This document shows, one piece after another, positions 37,644-48,416 of a DNA stretch of 64,000 bases. Below the pieces are notes generated by a model. The model saw only the letters and a list, made by a program, of their open reading frames with translations. It ran no database searches and was not told the origin of the DNA. The position numbers were made by a program, and so were the translations under genes. How positions within the stretch are numbered: the first letter of the stretch is position 1; every line of letters starts with the position of its first letter. Where the stretch lies: assembly GCF_003334335.1 (NCBI RefSeq), contig NZ_QOWQ01000010.1. One strand, given 5' to 3'. The DNA comes from Escherichia coli. Lineage in GTDB: Bacteria; Pseudomonadota; Gammaproteobacteria; Enterobacterales; Enterobacteriaceae.

Positions 37644-39980
37644 ATGAAGCAAATTCGTCTGCTGGCGCAGTATTATGTTGACCTGATGATGAAGTTAGGT
37701 CTGGTGCGCTTCTCAATGTTGCTGGCGCTGGCCCTCGTCGTTCTTGCCATTGTGGTACAAATGGCGGTAACCATGGTGCTGCATGGTCAGGTCGAAAGCA
37801 TTGATGTTATTCGTTCTATCTTCTTTGGTTTGCTGATTACGCCGTGGGCGGTCTACTTTCTATCGGTGGTCGTCGAGCAACTGGAGGAGTCACGACAACG
37901 TCTGTCACGGCTGGTGCAAAAACTGGAGGAGATGCGCGAGCGCGATTTGAGCCTCAACGTTCAGTTAAAAGATAATATTGCCCAGCTAAATCAGGAAATT
38001 GCCGTTCGTGAAAAAGCGGAAGCAGAACTGCAGGAAACCTTCGGCCAACTGAAAATTGAAATCAAAGAGCGCGAAGAGACACAAATTCAGCTCGAGCAGC
38101 AATCCTCATTCTTACGTTCCTTCCTTGATGCTTCACCCGACCTGGTTTTTTATCGTAACGAAGATAAAGAGTTTTCCGGCTGTAACCGCGCGATGGAGCT
38201 GCTGACCGGAAAAAGCGAAAAACAACTGGTTCACCTGAAACCTGCTGATGTTTACTCACCGGAAGCCGCCGCAAAAGTCATTGAAACCGATGAAAAAGTG
38301 TTCCGTCATAATGTGTCACTGACCTATGAACAGTGGCTGGATTACCCGGACGGGCGCAAAGCCTGCTTTGAAATCCGTAAAGTGCCGTACTACGACCGCG
38401 TGGGTAAACGTCACGGTTTGATGGGCTTTGGTCGCGACATTACCGAGCGTAAGCGGTATCAGGATGCGCTTGAACGGGCCAGCCGCGACAAAACGACGTT
38501 TATCTCCACCATCAGTCACGAATTGCGTACACCGCTGAACGGTATCGTCGGTCTGAGCCGCATTCTGCTGGATACCGAACTCACCGCCGAGCAGGAAAAA
38601 TATCTCAAGACCATCCATGTTTCGGCCGTCACGCTGGGGAATATCTTTAACGATATTATCGACATGGATAAGATGGAACGGCGCAAGGTCCAGCTTGATA
38701 ATCAACCGGTTGATTTCACCAGCTTCCTTGCCGATCTGGAAAATCTCTCCGCATTGCAGGCGCAACAAAAAGGATTGCGCTTTAACCTGGAGCCGACGCT
38801 GCCATTACCGCATCAGGTCATTACCGACGGGACGCGTTTACGGCAGATCCTGTGGAACCTCATCAGTAACGCCGTCAAATTCACCCAGCAAGGCCAGGTT
38901 ACCGTGCGCGTGCGCTACGATGAAGGCGATATGCTGCATTTTGAAGTGGAAGACTCTGGTATCGGCATTCCGCAGGATGAGCTAGATAAAATTTTCGCCA
39001 TGTATTACCAGGTGAAAGACAGTCATGGCGGTAAACCTGCCACCGGCACCGGTATTGGTCTGGCCGTTTCTCGTCGTCTGGCGAAAAATATGGGCGGCGA
39101 TATTACGGTTACCAGCGAACAGGGCAAAGGTTCAACCTTTACGTTGACGATCCACGCACCGTCGGTAGCAGAAGAGGTCGATGATGCGTTTGATGAAGAC
39201 GATATGCCTTTACCGGCGCTGAATGTGCTGCTGGTGGAAGACATTGAACTGAACGTGATTGTTGCGCGTTCTGTGCTGGAAAAATTAGGTAACAGCGTTG
39301 ATGTCGCCATGACCGGCAAGGCGGCGCTGGAGATGTTTAAACCGGGCGAATACGACCTGGTGTTGCTGGATATTCAGTTGCCAGATATGACCGGGCTGGA
39401 TATCTCTCGTGAACTGACGAAACGTTATCCGCGCGAGGATTTACCGCCGCTGGTGGCCTTAACCGCTAACGTGCTGAAAGACAAACAAGAGTACCTCAAT
39501 GCTGGAATGGATGATGTGCTGAGTAAGCCGCTTTCTGTTCCGGCGCTAACCGCGATGATCAAGAAATTCTGGGATACCCAGGATGATGAGGAGAGTACGG
39601 TGACGACAGAAGAGAACAGTAAATCAGAAGCATTGCTCGATATTCCCATGCTGGAACAGTATCTCGAACTTGTAGGACCGAAGCTGATCACCGACGGGTT
39701 AGCGGTGTTTGAGAAGATGATGCCGGGCTATGTCAGCGTGCTGGAGTCGAATCTGACGGCGCAGGATAAAAAAGGCATTGTTGAGGAAGGACATAAAATT
39801 AAAGGTGCGGCGGGGTCAGTGGGGTTACGCCATCTGCAACAGCTGGGTCAGCAAATTCAGTCTCCTGACCTTCCGGCCTGGGAAGATAACGTCGGTGAAT
39901 GGATTGAAGAGATGAAAGAAGAGTGGCGTCACGACGTAGAAGTGCTGAAAGCGTGGGTGGCAAAAGCCACTAAAAAATGA
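37644..39980 (+). CDS. arcB: aerobic respiration control sensor kinase ArcB (tripartite hybrid histidine kinase)
   Basis: 778-aa ORF with N-terminal TM helices, PAS, H-box (ISHELRTPLNGIVG), receiver domain and C-terminal Hpt. Confidence 0.95.
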   Translation: MKQIRLLAQYYVDLMMKLGLVRFSMLLALALVVLAIVVQMAVTMVLHGQVESIDVIRSIFFGLLITPWAVYFLSVVVEQLEESRQRLSRLVQKLEEMRERDLSLNVQLKDNIAQLNQEIAVREKAEAELQETFGQLKIEIKEREETQIQLEQQSSFLRSFLDASPDLVFYRNEDKEFSGCNRAMELLTGKSEKQLVHLKPADVYSPEAAAKVIETDEKVFRHNVSLTYEQWLDYPDGRKACFEIRKVPYYDRVGKRHGLMGFGRDITERKRYQDALERASRDKTTFISTISHELRTPLNGIVGLSRILLDTELTAEQEKYLKTIHVSAVTLGNIFNDIIDMDKMERRKVQLDNQPVDFTSFLADLENLSALQAQQKGLRFNLEPTLPLPHQVITDGTRLRQILWNLISNAVKFTQQGQVTVRVRYDEGDMLHFEVEDSGIGIPQDELDKIFAMYYQVKDSHGGKPATGTGIGLAVSRRLAKNMGGDITVTSEQGKGSTFTLTIHAPSVAEEVDDAFDEDDMPLPALNVLLVEDIELNVIVARSVLEKLGNSVDVAMTGKAALEMFKPGEYDLVLLDIQLPDMTGLDISRELTKRYPREDLPPLVALTANVLKDKQEYLNAGMDDVLSKPLSVPALTAMIKKFWDTQDDEESTVTTEENSKSEALLDIPMLEQYLELVGPKLITDGLAVFEKMMPGYVSVLESNLTAQDKKGIVEEGHKIKGAAGSVGLRHLQQLGQQIQSPDLPAWEDNVGEWIEEMKEEWRHDVEVLKAWVAKATKK

Positions 39981-40092
39981 CCCCGGCTAGACCGGGGTGC
40001 GCGAATACTGCGCCAACACCAGGGAAATCTTGGCTGCGCCGTAAATTATTATGATGAGTTACAAGGGCACAGCACTGTTTTTCAGGCCGCAC
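39972..40092 (-). ncRNA. arcZ: ArcZ (RyhA/SraH) Hfq-dependent small RNA, convergent with and overlapping the arcB 3' end
   Basis: Minus-strand reading GTGCGGCCTGAAAAACAGTGCTGTGCCCTTGTAACTCATCATAATAATTTACGGCGCAGCCAAGATTTCCCTGGTGTTGGCGCAGTATTCGCGCACCCCGGTCTAGCCGGGGTCATTTTTT matches my recollection of ArcZ; it ends in a GC hairpin plus U6 that overlaps the arcB stop codon. Ends are approximate. Confidence 0.75.
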
Positions 40093-40209
40093 GCAGTTAA
40101 GATAGCAAAACTTAAATGATTTGTTACATGAATCAGTTAAATGTGTGATGCGTACCATTTTTATTAAAAAAATTAATGTGTTTCAGTCAATTGCGAAAGG
40201 ATGATCACA

Positions 40210-40863
40210 ATGAAGAAAATTGGCGTAATTCTGAGCGGATGCGGCGTCTATGACGGTTCTGAAATTCATGAAGCGGTGTTGACGTTGTTAGCTATTTCAC
40301 GCAGCGGTGCGCAGGCGGTCTGCTTTGCACCGGATAAGCAGCAGGTTGATGTTATCAACCATTTAACTGGCGAAGCGATGACGGAAACGCGCAATGTGCT
40401 GATTGAAGCGGCACGAATAACGCGCGGTGAAATCCGTCCTCTGGCCCAGGCCGATGCCGCTGAACTGGATGCGTTGATTGTGCCGGGGGGGTTTGGCGCG
40501 GCGAAGAATTTAAGCAATTTTGCCAGTCTTGGTAGCGAATGCACCGTTGACCGTGAATTAAAGGCGCTGGCACAAGCGATGCATCAGGCCGGAAAACCGC
40601 TTGGTTTTATGTGTATTGCCCCGGCGATGCTGCCGAAAATTTTCGATTTCCCGCTGCGTTTGACCATCGGTACTGATATCGATACCGCAGAAGTGCTGGA
40701 AGAGATGGGCGCGGAGCATGTGCCGTGTCCTGTCGATGATATCGTGGTTGATGAAGACAATAAGATTGTCACCACCCCAGCATATATGCTGGCGCAGAAC
40801 ATTGCAGAAGCGGCGAGCGGCATTGATAAGCTGGTTTCCCGCGTGCTGGTTCTGGCTGAATGA
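40210..40863 (+). CDS. elbB: DJ-1/PfpI-family protein ElbB (YhbL)
   Basis: 217-aa product from ATG 40210 ([23 protein letters not shown]...). Confidence 0.85.
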   Translation: MKKIGVILSGCGVYDGSEIHEAVLTLLAISRSGAQAVCFAPDKQQVDVINHLTGEAMTETRNVLIEAARITRGEIRPLAQADAAELDALIVPGGFGAAKNLSNFASLGSECTVDRELKALAQAMHQAGKPLGFMCIAPAMLPKIFDFPLRLTIGTDIDTAEVLEEMGAEHVPCPVDDIVVDEDNKIVTTPAYMLAQNIAEAASGIDKLVSRVLVLAE

Positions 40864-41588
40864 GTAAAAGCCGCTTAACGGTGTTTAGTTTCGTTCGCCG
40901 TTTTCTTTTGCGGTTAATGGTTGTCCTCGCCGTTTTCTGGGGCGGGGGCATCGCGTTGTTTAGCGTTGCGCCTGTTCCCTTCTCAGCGGTAATGGTCGAG
41001 CGACAGGTCAGCGCCTGGCTGCATGGCAATTTTCGTTACGTGGCACATTCTGACTGGGTCAGTATGGATCAAATCTCGCCGTGGATGGGACTGGCGGTGA
41101 TTGCCGCAGAAGATCAGAAATTTCCTGAGCACTGGGGCTTTGATGTCGCTTCCATTGAGAAAGCCCTGGCGCACAACGAGCGCAATGAAAACCGTATTCG
41201 CGGTGCTTCAACGATTTCTCAACAGACAGCCAAAAATCTCTTTTTATGGGATGGGCGTAGCTGGGTTCGAAAAGGGCTGGAAGCCGGATTAACGCTGGGG
41301 ATAGAAACGGTCTGGAGCAAAAAGCGTATCCTGACGGTTTACCTGAATATCGCCGAATTTGGCGACGGTGTGTTTGGCGTCGAAGCTGCGGCACAACGTT
41401 ATTTCCACAAACCCGCGAGCAAACTTACCCGGTCGGAAGCTGCATTACTGGCAGCTGTATTACCTAATCCACTTCGTTTCAAAGTCTCCTCGCCATCGGG
41501 CTACGTGCGTAGCCGTCAGGCGTGGATTTTACGGCAGATGTATCAGTTAGGCGGTGAGCCGTTTATGCAACAACACCAGCTGGATTAA
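40860..41588 (+). CDS. mtgA: monofunctional peptidoglycan glycosyltransferase MtgA
   Basis: 242-aa ORF with N-terminal TM anchor and transglycosylase motifs ([23 protein letters not shown]); overlaps the elbB stop. Confidence 0.9.
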   Translation: MSKSRLTVFSFVRRFLLRLMVVLAVFWGGGIALFSVAPVPFSAVMVERQVSAWLHGNFRYVAHSDWVSMDQISPWMGLAVIAAEDQKFPEHWGFDVASIEKALAHNERNENRIRGASTISQQTAKNLFLWDGRSWVRKGLEAGLTLGIETVWSKKRILTVYLNIAEFGDGVFGVEAAAQRYFHKPASKLTRSEAALLAAVLPNPLRFKVSSPSGYVRSRQAWILRQMYQLGGEPFMQQHQLD

Positions 41589-42217
41589 GCTTCGCGCGAA
41601 GTGAGGGCCAGCGTTTTGCTCTCACGAGGTTGCAGATCTTTCTGCAGGGCAATAGCCAGCGCCGGTTGGGCGATAAATCGTTTCCATAACCGCTCTTGCT
41701 TACGCAGACAACACCACTTCGACCAGGTCGCCAGTGGAATCAATGTGCTTTCACCAATGTTGTCGCAGACGACCGGGATAACCTCTGACTCACTGATGCG
41801 GTGACAGAGGATATTCTGCGGCTTCAGCGACATCGTCACGATACGGTTATCCTGCAAATAACGCTTCAGCTGTTTCAGTAGCTGGCGCAGTTGTGCAATG
41901 TCTTCTTCGTAACGGCATTGTTCAGCAAATTCGGTCAGCGTAATGGAAGGCTTGCTGTCAAAATCTGCAATCACATCGTAGACATAACCGGTTCCGCAAT
42001 CCGTCTCAACGGTACCGTGATAGCGCGGTATTCCACTCCAGTCTTTTAACCGGCGACCAAGATGCGCGTAGTACTTTAACTCACGGCGGATCTCTTTATC
42101 GCCACCATCGCCACGATGGTAGACAATCTTGATACAGCGTTGGGCATCTTCCGGATGCGCATAACATTTCCGATGTCTTCCGGTGCCCAGGGGACTTTGT
42201 TCAGATAAGCGAATCAT
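41585..42217 (-). CDS. yrbL: YrbL (PhoP-regulated protein of unknown function)
   Basis: 210-aa product from the internal ATG ([28 protein letters not shown]...); the longer track ORF (start 42274) would run into the PhoP box. Confidence 0.8.
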   Translation of the reverse strand: MIRLSEQSPLGTGRHRKCYAHPEDAQRCIKIVYHRGDGGDKEIRRELKYYAHLGRRLKDWSGIPRYHGTVETDCGTGYVYDVIADFDSKPSITLTEFAEQCRYEEDIAQLRQLLKQLKRYLQDNRIVTMSLKPQNILCHRISESEVIPVVCDNIGESTLIPLATWSKWCCLRKQERLWKRFIAQPALAIALQKDLQPRESKTLALTSREA

Positions 42218-42267
42218 GCCATCTCCTGGAAATATTTTCTGACGATCTCCAGTATGGTCGATTAACT

Positions 42268-42284
42268 TAAACAAAACCTAAACA
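42268..42284 (-). promoter_or_regulatory. PhoP box (TGTTTA-N5-TGTTTA direct repeat) upstream of yrbL
   Basis: Minus-strand reading tgtttaggttttgttta, about 50 bp upstream of the yrbL ATG at 42217. Confidence 0.7.
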
Positions 42285-42430
42285 ATGCCTCTTAAGGTTT
42301 TCTTAAGGTTCTTCTGAAAGTGAAAAGCGCACAAAATGTACAAATGACGTTGATTGAGAACGATTTCAGTACGTGATTTTCTTATTGTCGGGGGGAGTTT
42401 GAAGGGAGTTGTATGTCAAAGTGATGAAGA

Positions 42431-42703
42431 TTAATCTTCATCAAAACCAGAATTAAAGAGGGCGATAACGGCGGCCAGTGCTTCCTCTTCCTGTGGACCG
42501 GTCGCTTCAACTTCAATCTGCCGTCCTTTGGCAGAATCCAACATCAGCAGCGCAATAACGCTGTTGGCTTCAGCCTCGGTGCCTTCGTCATTACGTAAGA
42601 GCACTTCAGCGTCAAAACCCTGCATTAATTCAAACAGCTTCATTGCAGGCCGGGCATGCATGCCCAGCTTGTTTGTGATTTCAACAGTTTGCTTGACGGT
42701 CAT
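42431..42703 (-). CDS. ptsO: NPr, HPr-like phosphocarrier of the nitrogen PTS
   Basis: 90-aa ORF ([26 protein letters not shown]...), overlapping the rapZ stop. Confidence 0.9.
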
Positions 42704-43554
42704 GGTTTACGTTTTTCCAGCGTACGATGGCGTGACTGGACGTTTTTACCGCGCGAGCGGAAGTAGTCTGCCAGTTGCTCTGCAATATACACCGAACGGT
42801 GCTTCCCGCCGGTACAACCAATGGCGACCGTCAAGTAGCTACGGTTGTTGGTTTCCAGCATAGGTAACCATAGCTCAAGATAGCTTCGCGTCTGGTAGAT
42901 AAAATTGTGTACTTCTGTGTGGCGGTCGAGGAACGCGGCGACAGGTTTATCAAGACCTGTCATTGGACGCAGTTTCGGATCCCAGTGCGGGTTCGGCAAG
43001 AAGCGCACGTCAAAGACGTAATCTGCATCGATAGGGATACCGTGTTTGAAGCCGAAAGACTCAAAGACCATGGTCAGTTCGCGTTCACGTTTACCCAGCA
43101 GACGGGTACGCAGCATTTCAGCCAGCTCGTGAACGGACATTTCTGAGGTATCGACAATCAGATCCGCTCGCGAACGCAGAGGCTCCAGCAAATCGCTTTC
43201 TTTGTCGATAGCACTTTCCAGCGACAGGTTTTTGCTGGAAAGCGGATGCAGTCGGCGCGTGTCACTGTAACGACGAATTAAGGTATTACGGTCGGCATCC
43301 AGGAACAGGAGTTGCGGTGAGAAAGCGTCAGGCAGGTTACTCATCGCCTGTTCGAATATTTCTGGTGACTCCGGCATATTACGAACATCAATGCTGACGG
43401 CGGCAGAAATCTCGCGATCGGACAGGGTTCGAGCCAGATCGGGTAACAACACTACGGGAAGGTTATCCACGCAGTAAAAACCCATATCTTCCAGCGCACG
43501 CAGGGCGACAGATTTACCTGAACCTGAACGTCCGCTGACGATCATCAGTACCAT
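42700..43554 (-). CDS. rapZ: RNase adaptor protein RapZ (YhbJ)
   Basis: 284-aa ORF with Walker A ([11 protein letters not shown]). Confidence 0.9.
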
Positions 43555-43599
43555 GTACTGTTTCTCCTCACAACGTCTAAAAGAGACATTACCGAATAA

Positions 43600-44091
43600 C
43601 TACGCTTCATCCGGAGTACCTTCGGTATCCGTAATGATTTGATACAGCTCTTCATCGCTCTGGGCTGCGCGTAAACGGCGGCAGATGGTTTTGTCCGCCA
43701 GACGTTTCGCCACCAGCGACAGAGTATGCAGGTGCGTTTTAGTTTGGTCTGCCGGCACCAGCAGGGCAAAAAGTAAGTCCACCGGTTGGTTGTCGATGGC
43801 ATCGAAAGCTATAGGCGTTTCGAGCTGAACGAAAACGCCAACGGCGCGCAGAGTATCTTCTTCCAGTTTGCCATGCGGAATGGCAATACCATTGCCGATA
43901 CCGGTACTGCCCATTTTTTCCCGCGTCAGGATAGCTTCAAAAACCACCTGAGGCGGCAGGCTAAGTTGTTTCGCCGCCAGCTCGCTGATGATTTCCAGGG
44001 CGCGTTTTTTGCTCTGACAGTGGACGCGGCTTCGCGTACATTCCCTGTTAAGAACACTGCTAAGCTGTAGAGTTGTATCATTATTTGTCAT
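43600..44091 (-). CDS. ptsN: nitrogen PTS EIIA-Ntr
   Basis: 163-aa product from the internal ATG (MTNNDTTLQLSSVLNREC...). Confidence 0.9.
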   Translation of the reverse strand: MTNNDTTLQLSSVLNRECTRSRVHCQSKKRALEIISELAAKQLSLPPQVVFEAILTREKMGSTGIGNGIAIPHGKLEEDTLRAVGVFVQLETPIAFDAIDNQPVDLLFALLVPADQTKTHLHTLSLVAKRLADKTICRRLRAAQSDEELYQIITDTEGTPDEA

Positions 44092-44208
44092 AATTTCACC
44101 TAAGAACCTGCCCACTCAAACAGTGGAACAGGCTCGGAGCATTAACCGTACAAATGGCCCGTTGTGCCGCACAACAGACCGCCATGCACATGCTAATTGC
44201 CCGGACAA

Positions 44209-44496
44209 TTAGTGTTGTTTCAGTTTATCTTTATGTTTGGTCAACTGGCGTGCCAGCTTATCAATTAAGCCATCAATGGCAGCGTACATGTCCTGACCTT
44301 CCGCGCTGGCATGAATTTCACCACCGTTTACATGCAGTGTTGCATCTGAGGTGTGGGTGACTTTCTCCACTTTCAGAACAACATAGACCTGGTTGATTCG
44401 GTCAAAATATTGCTCAAGTTTGGCAAATTTGGCTGTAACAAATTCGCGCAGTGCCTCGGTGATCTCGACGTTATTTCCGGTAATGTTGAGCTGCAT
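44209..44496 (-). CDS. hpf: ribosome hibernation promoting factor
   Basis: 95-aa product from the internal ATG (MQLNITGNNVEITEALREFV...); the track ORF extends 28 codons upstream. Confidence 0.9.
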   Translation of the reverse strand: MQLNITGNNVEITEALREFVTAKFAKLEQYFDRINQVYVVLKVEKVTHTSDATLHVNGGEIHASAEGQDMYAAIDGLIDKLARQLTKHKDKLKQH

Positions 44497-44518
44497 AGTG
44501 TCTTCCTTATCGGTTGGG

Positions 44519-45952
44519 TCAAACGAGTTGTTTACGCTGGTTTGACGGCGGAATGGATAAAGACTCTCGGTACTTCGCAACAGTGCGGCGTGCCACCATG
44601 ATACCTTGTTCCGACAGCAAAGAGGTTAACTTGCTGTCGCTCAACGGTTTCGCTGGGTTTTCCGCCGCGATTAATTTCTTCACCAGCGCACGAATCGCCG
44701 TGGAGGAAGCTTCGCCGCCGCCCTCGGTATTGACGTGACTGGAAAAGAAATACTTCAGTTCAAAAATGCCTCGTGGACTATGCAGGTATTTTTGCGTGGT
44801 CACGCGAGATATCGTCGATTCATGCATTTCGACAGCCTGGGCGATATCGGCCAGTACCATCGGTTTCATATATTCTTCACCTTGCTCAAAGAAGGCTTGC
44901 TGCTGTTCAACGATACAGCGACTCACGCGCAGTAGCGTATCGTTACGGCTTTCCAGACTCTTGATCAACCATTTGGCATCCTGCAGATTGCTGCGGATAA
45001 ACTGGCTGTCACCATCGTTGCGCGCGTTATTGCACATCGAGGCGTAGTGCTGGTTGATTTGCAGACGCGGAATGCTGTCACTGTTGAGTTCTACCGTCCA
45101 GTGACCGTTATGCTTACGCACCAGCACATCTGGAATGACATACTCAGGTTCGCCAGTCTGGATCGACTGCCCGGGGCGCGGATCGAGCGACTGGATCAGA
45201 TTGACGGCTTCTTTCAGCACATCTTCTTTCAGACGCGTGACGCGCATTAAAGTGCGGAAGTCGTGATTGGCTAACAGATCGAGATGATCGCTAATGATCA
45301 GTCTGGCCTCTTCCAGCCACGGCGTGGTCTTATCGAATTGGGAGAGTTGGATCAGCAGACAGTCACGCAGATCTTTTGCCGCCACACCGACCGGATCAAA
45401 CCGTTGGATCCGCTTAAGGACGGCTTCAACTTCGTCGATGTCGATCTCTTCATCGCCTATACTTTCGAGAATATCTTCCAGCGGGACAGTCAGATAACCG
45501 GTTTCATCAACGGCATCGACGATAGAGGTAGCAATAGCGCGGTCAGTGTCGGAAAACGGTGTCAGCTCAACCTGCCACATCAGGTAATCCTGCAAGGTCT
45601 GCGTCGTTTCGCCCTGGTAGACCGGCAGCTCGTCGTCAATGTAGTCACCGCTGGTGCCGGATGGTGTACCAGCGGTGTAAATGGTGTCCCAACTGGCATC
45701 GAGCGGCAGCTCTTCCGGCATCTCTTTTTGTTCGAGCGCGTCGGCGGTGTCCAGCGTTTCACTGTCTTGCGTTTCGCGGGTGTCGATTTCTTCATGAGTG
45801 TCGATTTGCTCAAGCAGCGGATTACTCTCCAGCGCCTGCTGTAGCTCCTGCTGAAGTTCCAGCGTCGACAACTGCAACAGACGAATTGCCTGTTGGAGCT
45901 GTGGCGTCATCGCCAGTTGTTGGCTAAGCCTGAGTTGCAAACCTTGCTTCAT
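44519..45952 (-). CDS. rpoN: RNA polymerase sigma-54 factor
   Basis: 477-aa ORF with Gln-rich N-terminus, acidic region and C-terminal RpoN box ([10 protein letters not shown]). Confidence 0.95.
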   Translation of the reverse strand: MKQGLQLRLSQQLAMTPQLQQAIRLLQLSTLELQQELQQALESNPLLEQIDTHEEIDTRETQDSETLDTADALEQKEMPEELPLDASWDTIYTAGTPSGTSGDYIDDELPVYQGETTQTLQDYLMWQVELTPFSDTDRAIATSIVDAVDETGYLTVPLEDILESIGDEEIDIDEVEAVLKRIQRFDPVGVAAKDLRDCLLIQLSQFDKTTPWLEEARLIISDHLDLLANHDFRTLMRVTRLKEDVLKEAVNLIQSLDPRPGQSIQTGEPEYVIPDVLVRKHNGHWTVELNSDSIPRLQINQHYASMCNNARNDGDSQFIRSNLQDAKWLIKSLESRNDTLLRVSRCIVEQQQAFFEQGEEYMKPMVLADIAQAVEMHESTISRVTTQKYLHSPRGIFELKYFFSSHVNTEGGGEASSTAIRALVKKLIAAENPAKPLSDSKLTSLLSEQGIMVARRTVAKYRESLSIPPSNQRKQLV

Positions 45953-45999
45953 GTTCAGAATCGTACTCTCCTGCTAAAACGTCGCAAACTTCTACCCTA

Positions 46000-46725
46000 T
46001 CAGAGTCTGAAGTCTTCCCCAAGGTATACACGCTTAACGTGTTCGTCTTGTAAGATTTCTGTAGGCGTGCCGTGGGCGATCAAATGCCCCTGACTGACGA
46101 TATAAGCGCGTTCACAAACCGCCAGTGTTTCACGCACGTTGTGGTCAGTGATCAGCACGCCCAGGCCGCTGTCGCGCAGGTGCTCAATGATGCGTTTAAT
46201 GTCGATAACCGAGATCGGGTCAACCCCGGCAAACGGTTCGTCGAGCAGAATAAATTTCGGATTCGCAGCCAGTGCGCGGGCAATTTCTACACGGCGACGT
46301 TCACCCCCGGAGAGTGACTGCCCCATGCTGTCACGCAGGTGCTCAATGTGAAACTCTTCCATCAGCTCGTTCGCGCGGTCTTCACGTTGTTCAGCAGACA
46401 AGTCGTCACGAATTTGCAGTACCGCCATCAGGTTATCGTAAACGCTGAGGCGACGGAAAATGGAGGCTTCCTGTGGCAGATAGCCGATACCGCGGCGCGC
46501 GCGTGCATGCAGAGGCAGCAGACTGATATCGTCATCATCAATAATGATGTTGCCCGCATCGCGCGGCACAATGCCTACAACCATGTAGAAAGTGGTGGTC
46601 TTACCGGCACCGTTTGGCCCCAGCAGACCGACAATTTCCCCGGAGTTGACGGTCAGGCTGACGTCTTCTACCACGCGACGGCCTTTATAGGCTTTTGCAA
46701 GGTTCTTTGCAGTTAATGTTGCCAT
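46000..46725 (-). CDS. lptB: LPS export ABC transporter ATPase LptB
   Basis: 241-aa ORF with Walker A (GPNGAGKTT) and ABC signature ([15 protein letters not shown]). Confidence 0.95.
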
Positions 46726-46731
46726 AACGAA

Positions 46732-47289
46732 TTAATTACCCTTCTTCTGTGCCGGGGTCTGGCCTTTGTTGTTTTTGTCCTGCAGCTGCGACGGCACCAG
46801 AACGGTTGTTACGCGCTTGCCTTTGTCGCTGAAAGCCTGCATTTTCTGCTCTTTCACCAGGTAAGTGATCTTATCGCCCTTAATGTTGCTATCGACCTGC
46901 TGCAGATAAGCATTACCCGTCAGAACGACAAAATCTTTTGCCAGTTCGTAGTGCATCTGGGAAGCGTGACCTTCAACGGGTTTACCGTTGTCCTGCATCT
47001 GGTAGAACGTTGCCGGTTTACCGTAGCCGTCAATCACTTCTTTACCTTGTTCGCCGCCCGGACGGGTAACGACCACTTTGTCGGCATTAATTTTGATGGT
47101 GCCCTGGGTGACGATGACATTACCGGTAAAGGTAACCACGTTGCCTTGCATATCAAGAGATTGCTGGTCCGATTCAATGTGGATCGGCTGATCAGTGTCT
47201 CCGGTTACGGCAAATGCCGGAATGCTGGCGGCCAGAAGTGAGCTGGCAAGCACAAGATTAAGGCTGAGTTTGTTTGTTTTGAATTTCAT
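46732..47289 (-). CDS. lptA: periplasmic LPS transport protein LptA
   Basis: 185-aa product from the internal ATG (MKFKTNKLSLNLVLASSLLAASIPAFA signal peptide); its start overlaps the lptC 3' end by 32 nt. Confidence 0.9.
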   Translation of the reverse strand: MKFKTNKLSLNLVLASSLLAASIPAFAVTGDTDQPIHIESDQQSLDMQGNVVTFTGNVIVTQGTIKINADKVVVTRPGGEQGKEVIDGYGKPATFYQMQDNGKPVEGHASQMHYELAKDFVVLTGNAYLQQVDSNIKGDKITYLVKEQKMQAFSDKGKRVTTVLVPSQLQDKNNKGQTPAQKKGN

Positions 47290-47833
47290 AGGATGTTCTA
47301 ACCTTTTCAATCAGCTCGGCGTTCTTGCTGCGTAAGTTGCCGCGCATTTTCAGACCGCTGGAGTTAAATGTTGTTCCGTATAACGTGACGAGGTCTTCAG
47401 AGGTAACATCCTGCGTCACCAGATTGATCTGCGCGTTATCCGTCGTGATTCTGCGAAGTTGAGAGTCTGGCACAAGTGCGTTGACTTCAACGTGTCCATA
47501 TAAATAGAGCATCCGGTCATTGGTCAGCTTGGCTTTATCTGCTTTTACGGACCATGTCGGGATTTTATCCTTATCAAACGTGGTAAGTACCGGCTGCGTA
47601 AACCACGAAACGGCCTGATCGGAATAATATTCAACGTGTTGAGCAATCAATCGATAGCTTAGTGCCCCTTCTGGGTTATAGACGAGCGTGTCCGTATGCT
47701 CGCTTTTATAGGTGGGATCATTGTTGTTGACGACCACCTGGGCGGTATCGTCTTTTTCGGCCATATTAATGCCGATCATCACCAGAACCGCCAGTGATAG
47801 CACAATGATAACCCAACGTCTGGCTTTACTCAT
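47258..47833 (-). CDS. lptC: inner-membrane LPS transport protein LptC
   Basis: 191-aa ORF with a single N-terminal TM helix; overlaps the kdsC stop. Confidence 0.9.
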   Translation of the reverse strand: MSKARRWVIIVLSLAVLVMIGINMAEKDDTAQVVVNNNDPTYKSEHTDTLVYNPEGALSYRLIAQHVEYYSDQAVSWFTQPVLTTFDKDKIPTWSVKADKAKLTNDRMLYLYGHVEVNALVPDSQLRRITTDNAQINLVTQDVTSEDLVTLYGTTFNSSGLKMRGNLRSKNAELIEKVRTSYEIQNKQTQP

Positions 47834-48396
47834 ATCGATTGCCCTTTGGCTTCATCCAGTTTGCCCTGCGCCAGGAGTAATAAGTCGCAAACTTCGCGCA
47901 CTGCGCCACGACCGCCAGCAATGCGCGTCACGTAATCGGCGCGCGGGATCAACAGTGGATGCGCATCGGCCACGGCGACGCTTAAACCCACTTTTTCCAT
48001 TACCGGCCAGTCGATGAGATCATCGCCGACATAAGCCACATTTTCCGGGGCAATCGCCAGTTTTTCCAGCAGATCGCTAAAGGCGATCAGTTTGTTTGAC
48101 TGCCCCTGATACAAGTGAGTGATCCCCAATGTGGCACAACGATCTTCTACCAGTTTAGCCTTTCGCCCGGTAATGATAGCGACTTCAATATCAGAGGTGA
48201 GCGCACAACGAATGCCATAACCGTCACGAACATTGAACGCTTTCAGCTCTTCGCCATTATTGCCCATATAAATCAGGCCATCTGACAGTACGCCATCGAC
48301 ATCGAGGATCAGCAGACGAATGTTCTCTGCTTTTGCTATAACGTCGGCGCTGACAGGGCCGTAACAGGTCGCAAGCGACGCACCTGCTTTGCTCAT
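47830..48396 (-). CDS. kdsC: KDO-8-phosphate phosphatase (HAD family)
   Basis: 188-aa ORF with HAD motif I (LLILDVDGVLSDG). Confidence 0.9.
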   Translation of the reverse strand: MSKAGASLATCYGPVSADVIAKAENIRLLILDVDGVLSDGLIYMGNNGEELKAFNVRDGYGIRCALTSDIEVAIITGRKAKLVEDRCATLGITHLYQGQSNKLIAFSDLLEKLAIAPENVAYVGDDLIDWPVMEKVGLSVAVADAHPLLIPRADYVTRIAGGRGAVREVCDLLLLAQGKLDEAKGQSI

Positions 48397-48416
48397 TGTT
48401 GTTTATCCTTGAATCT

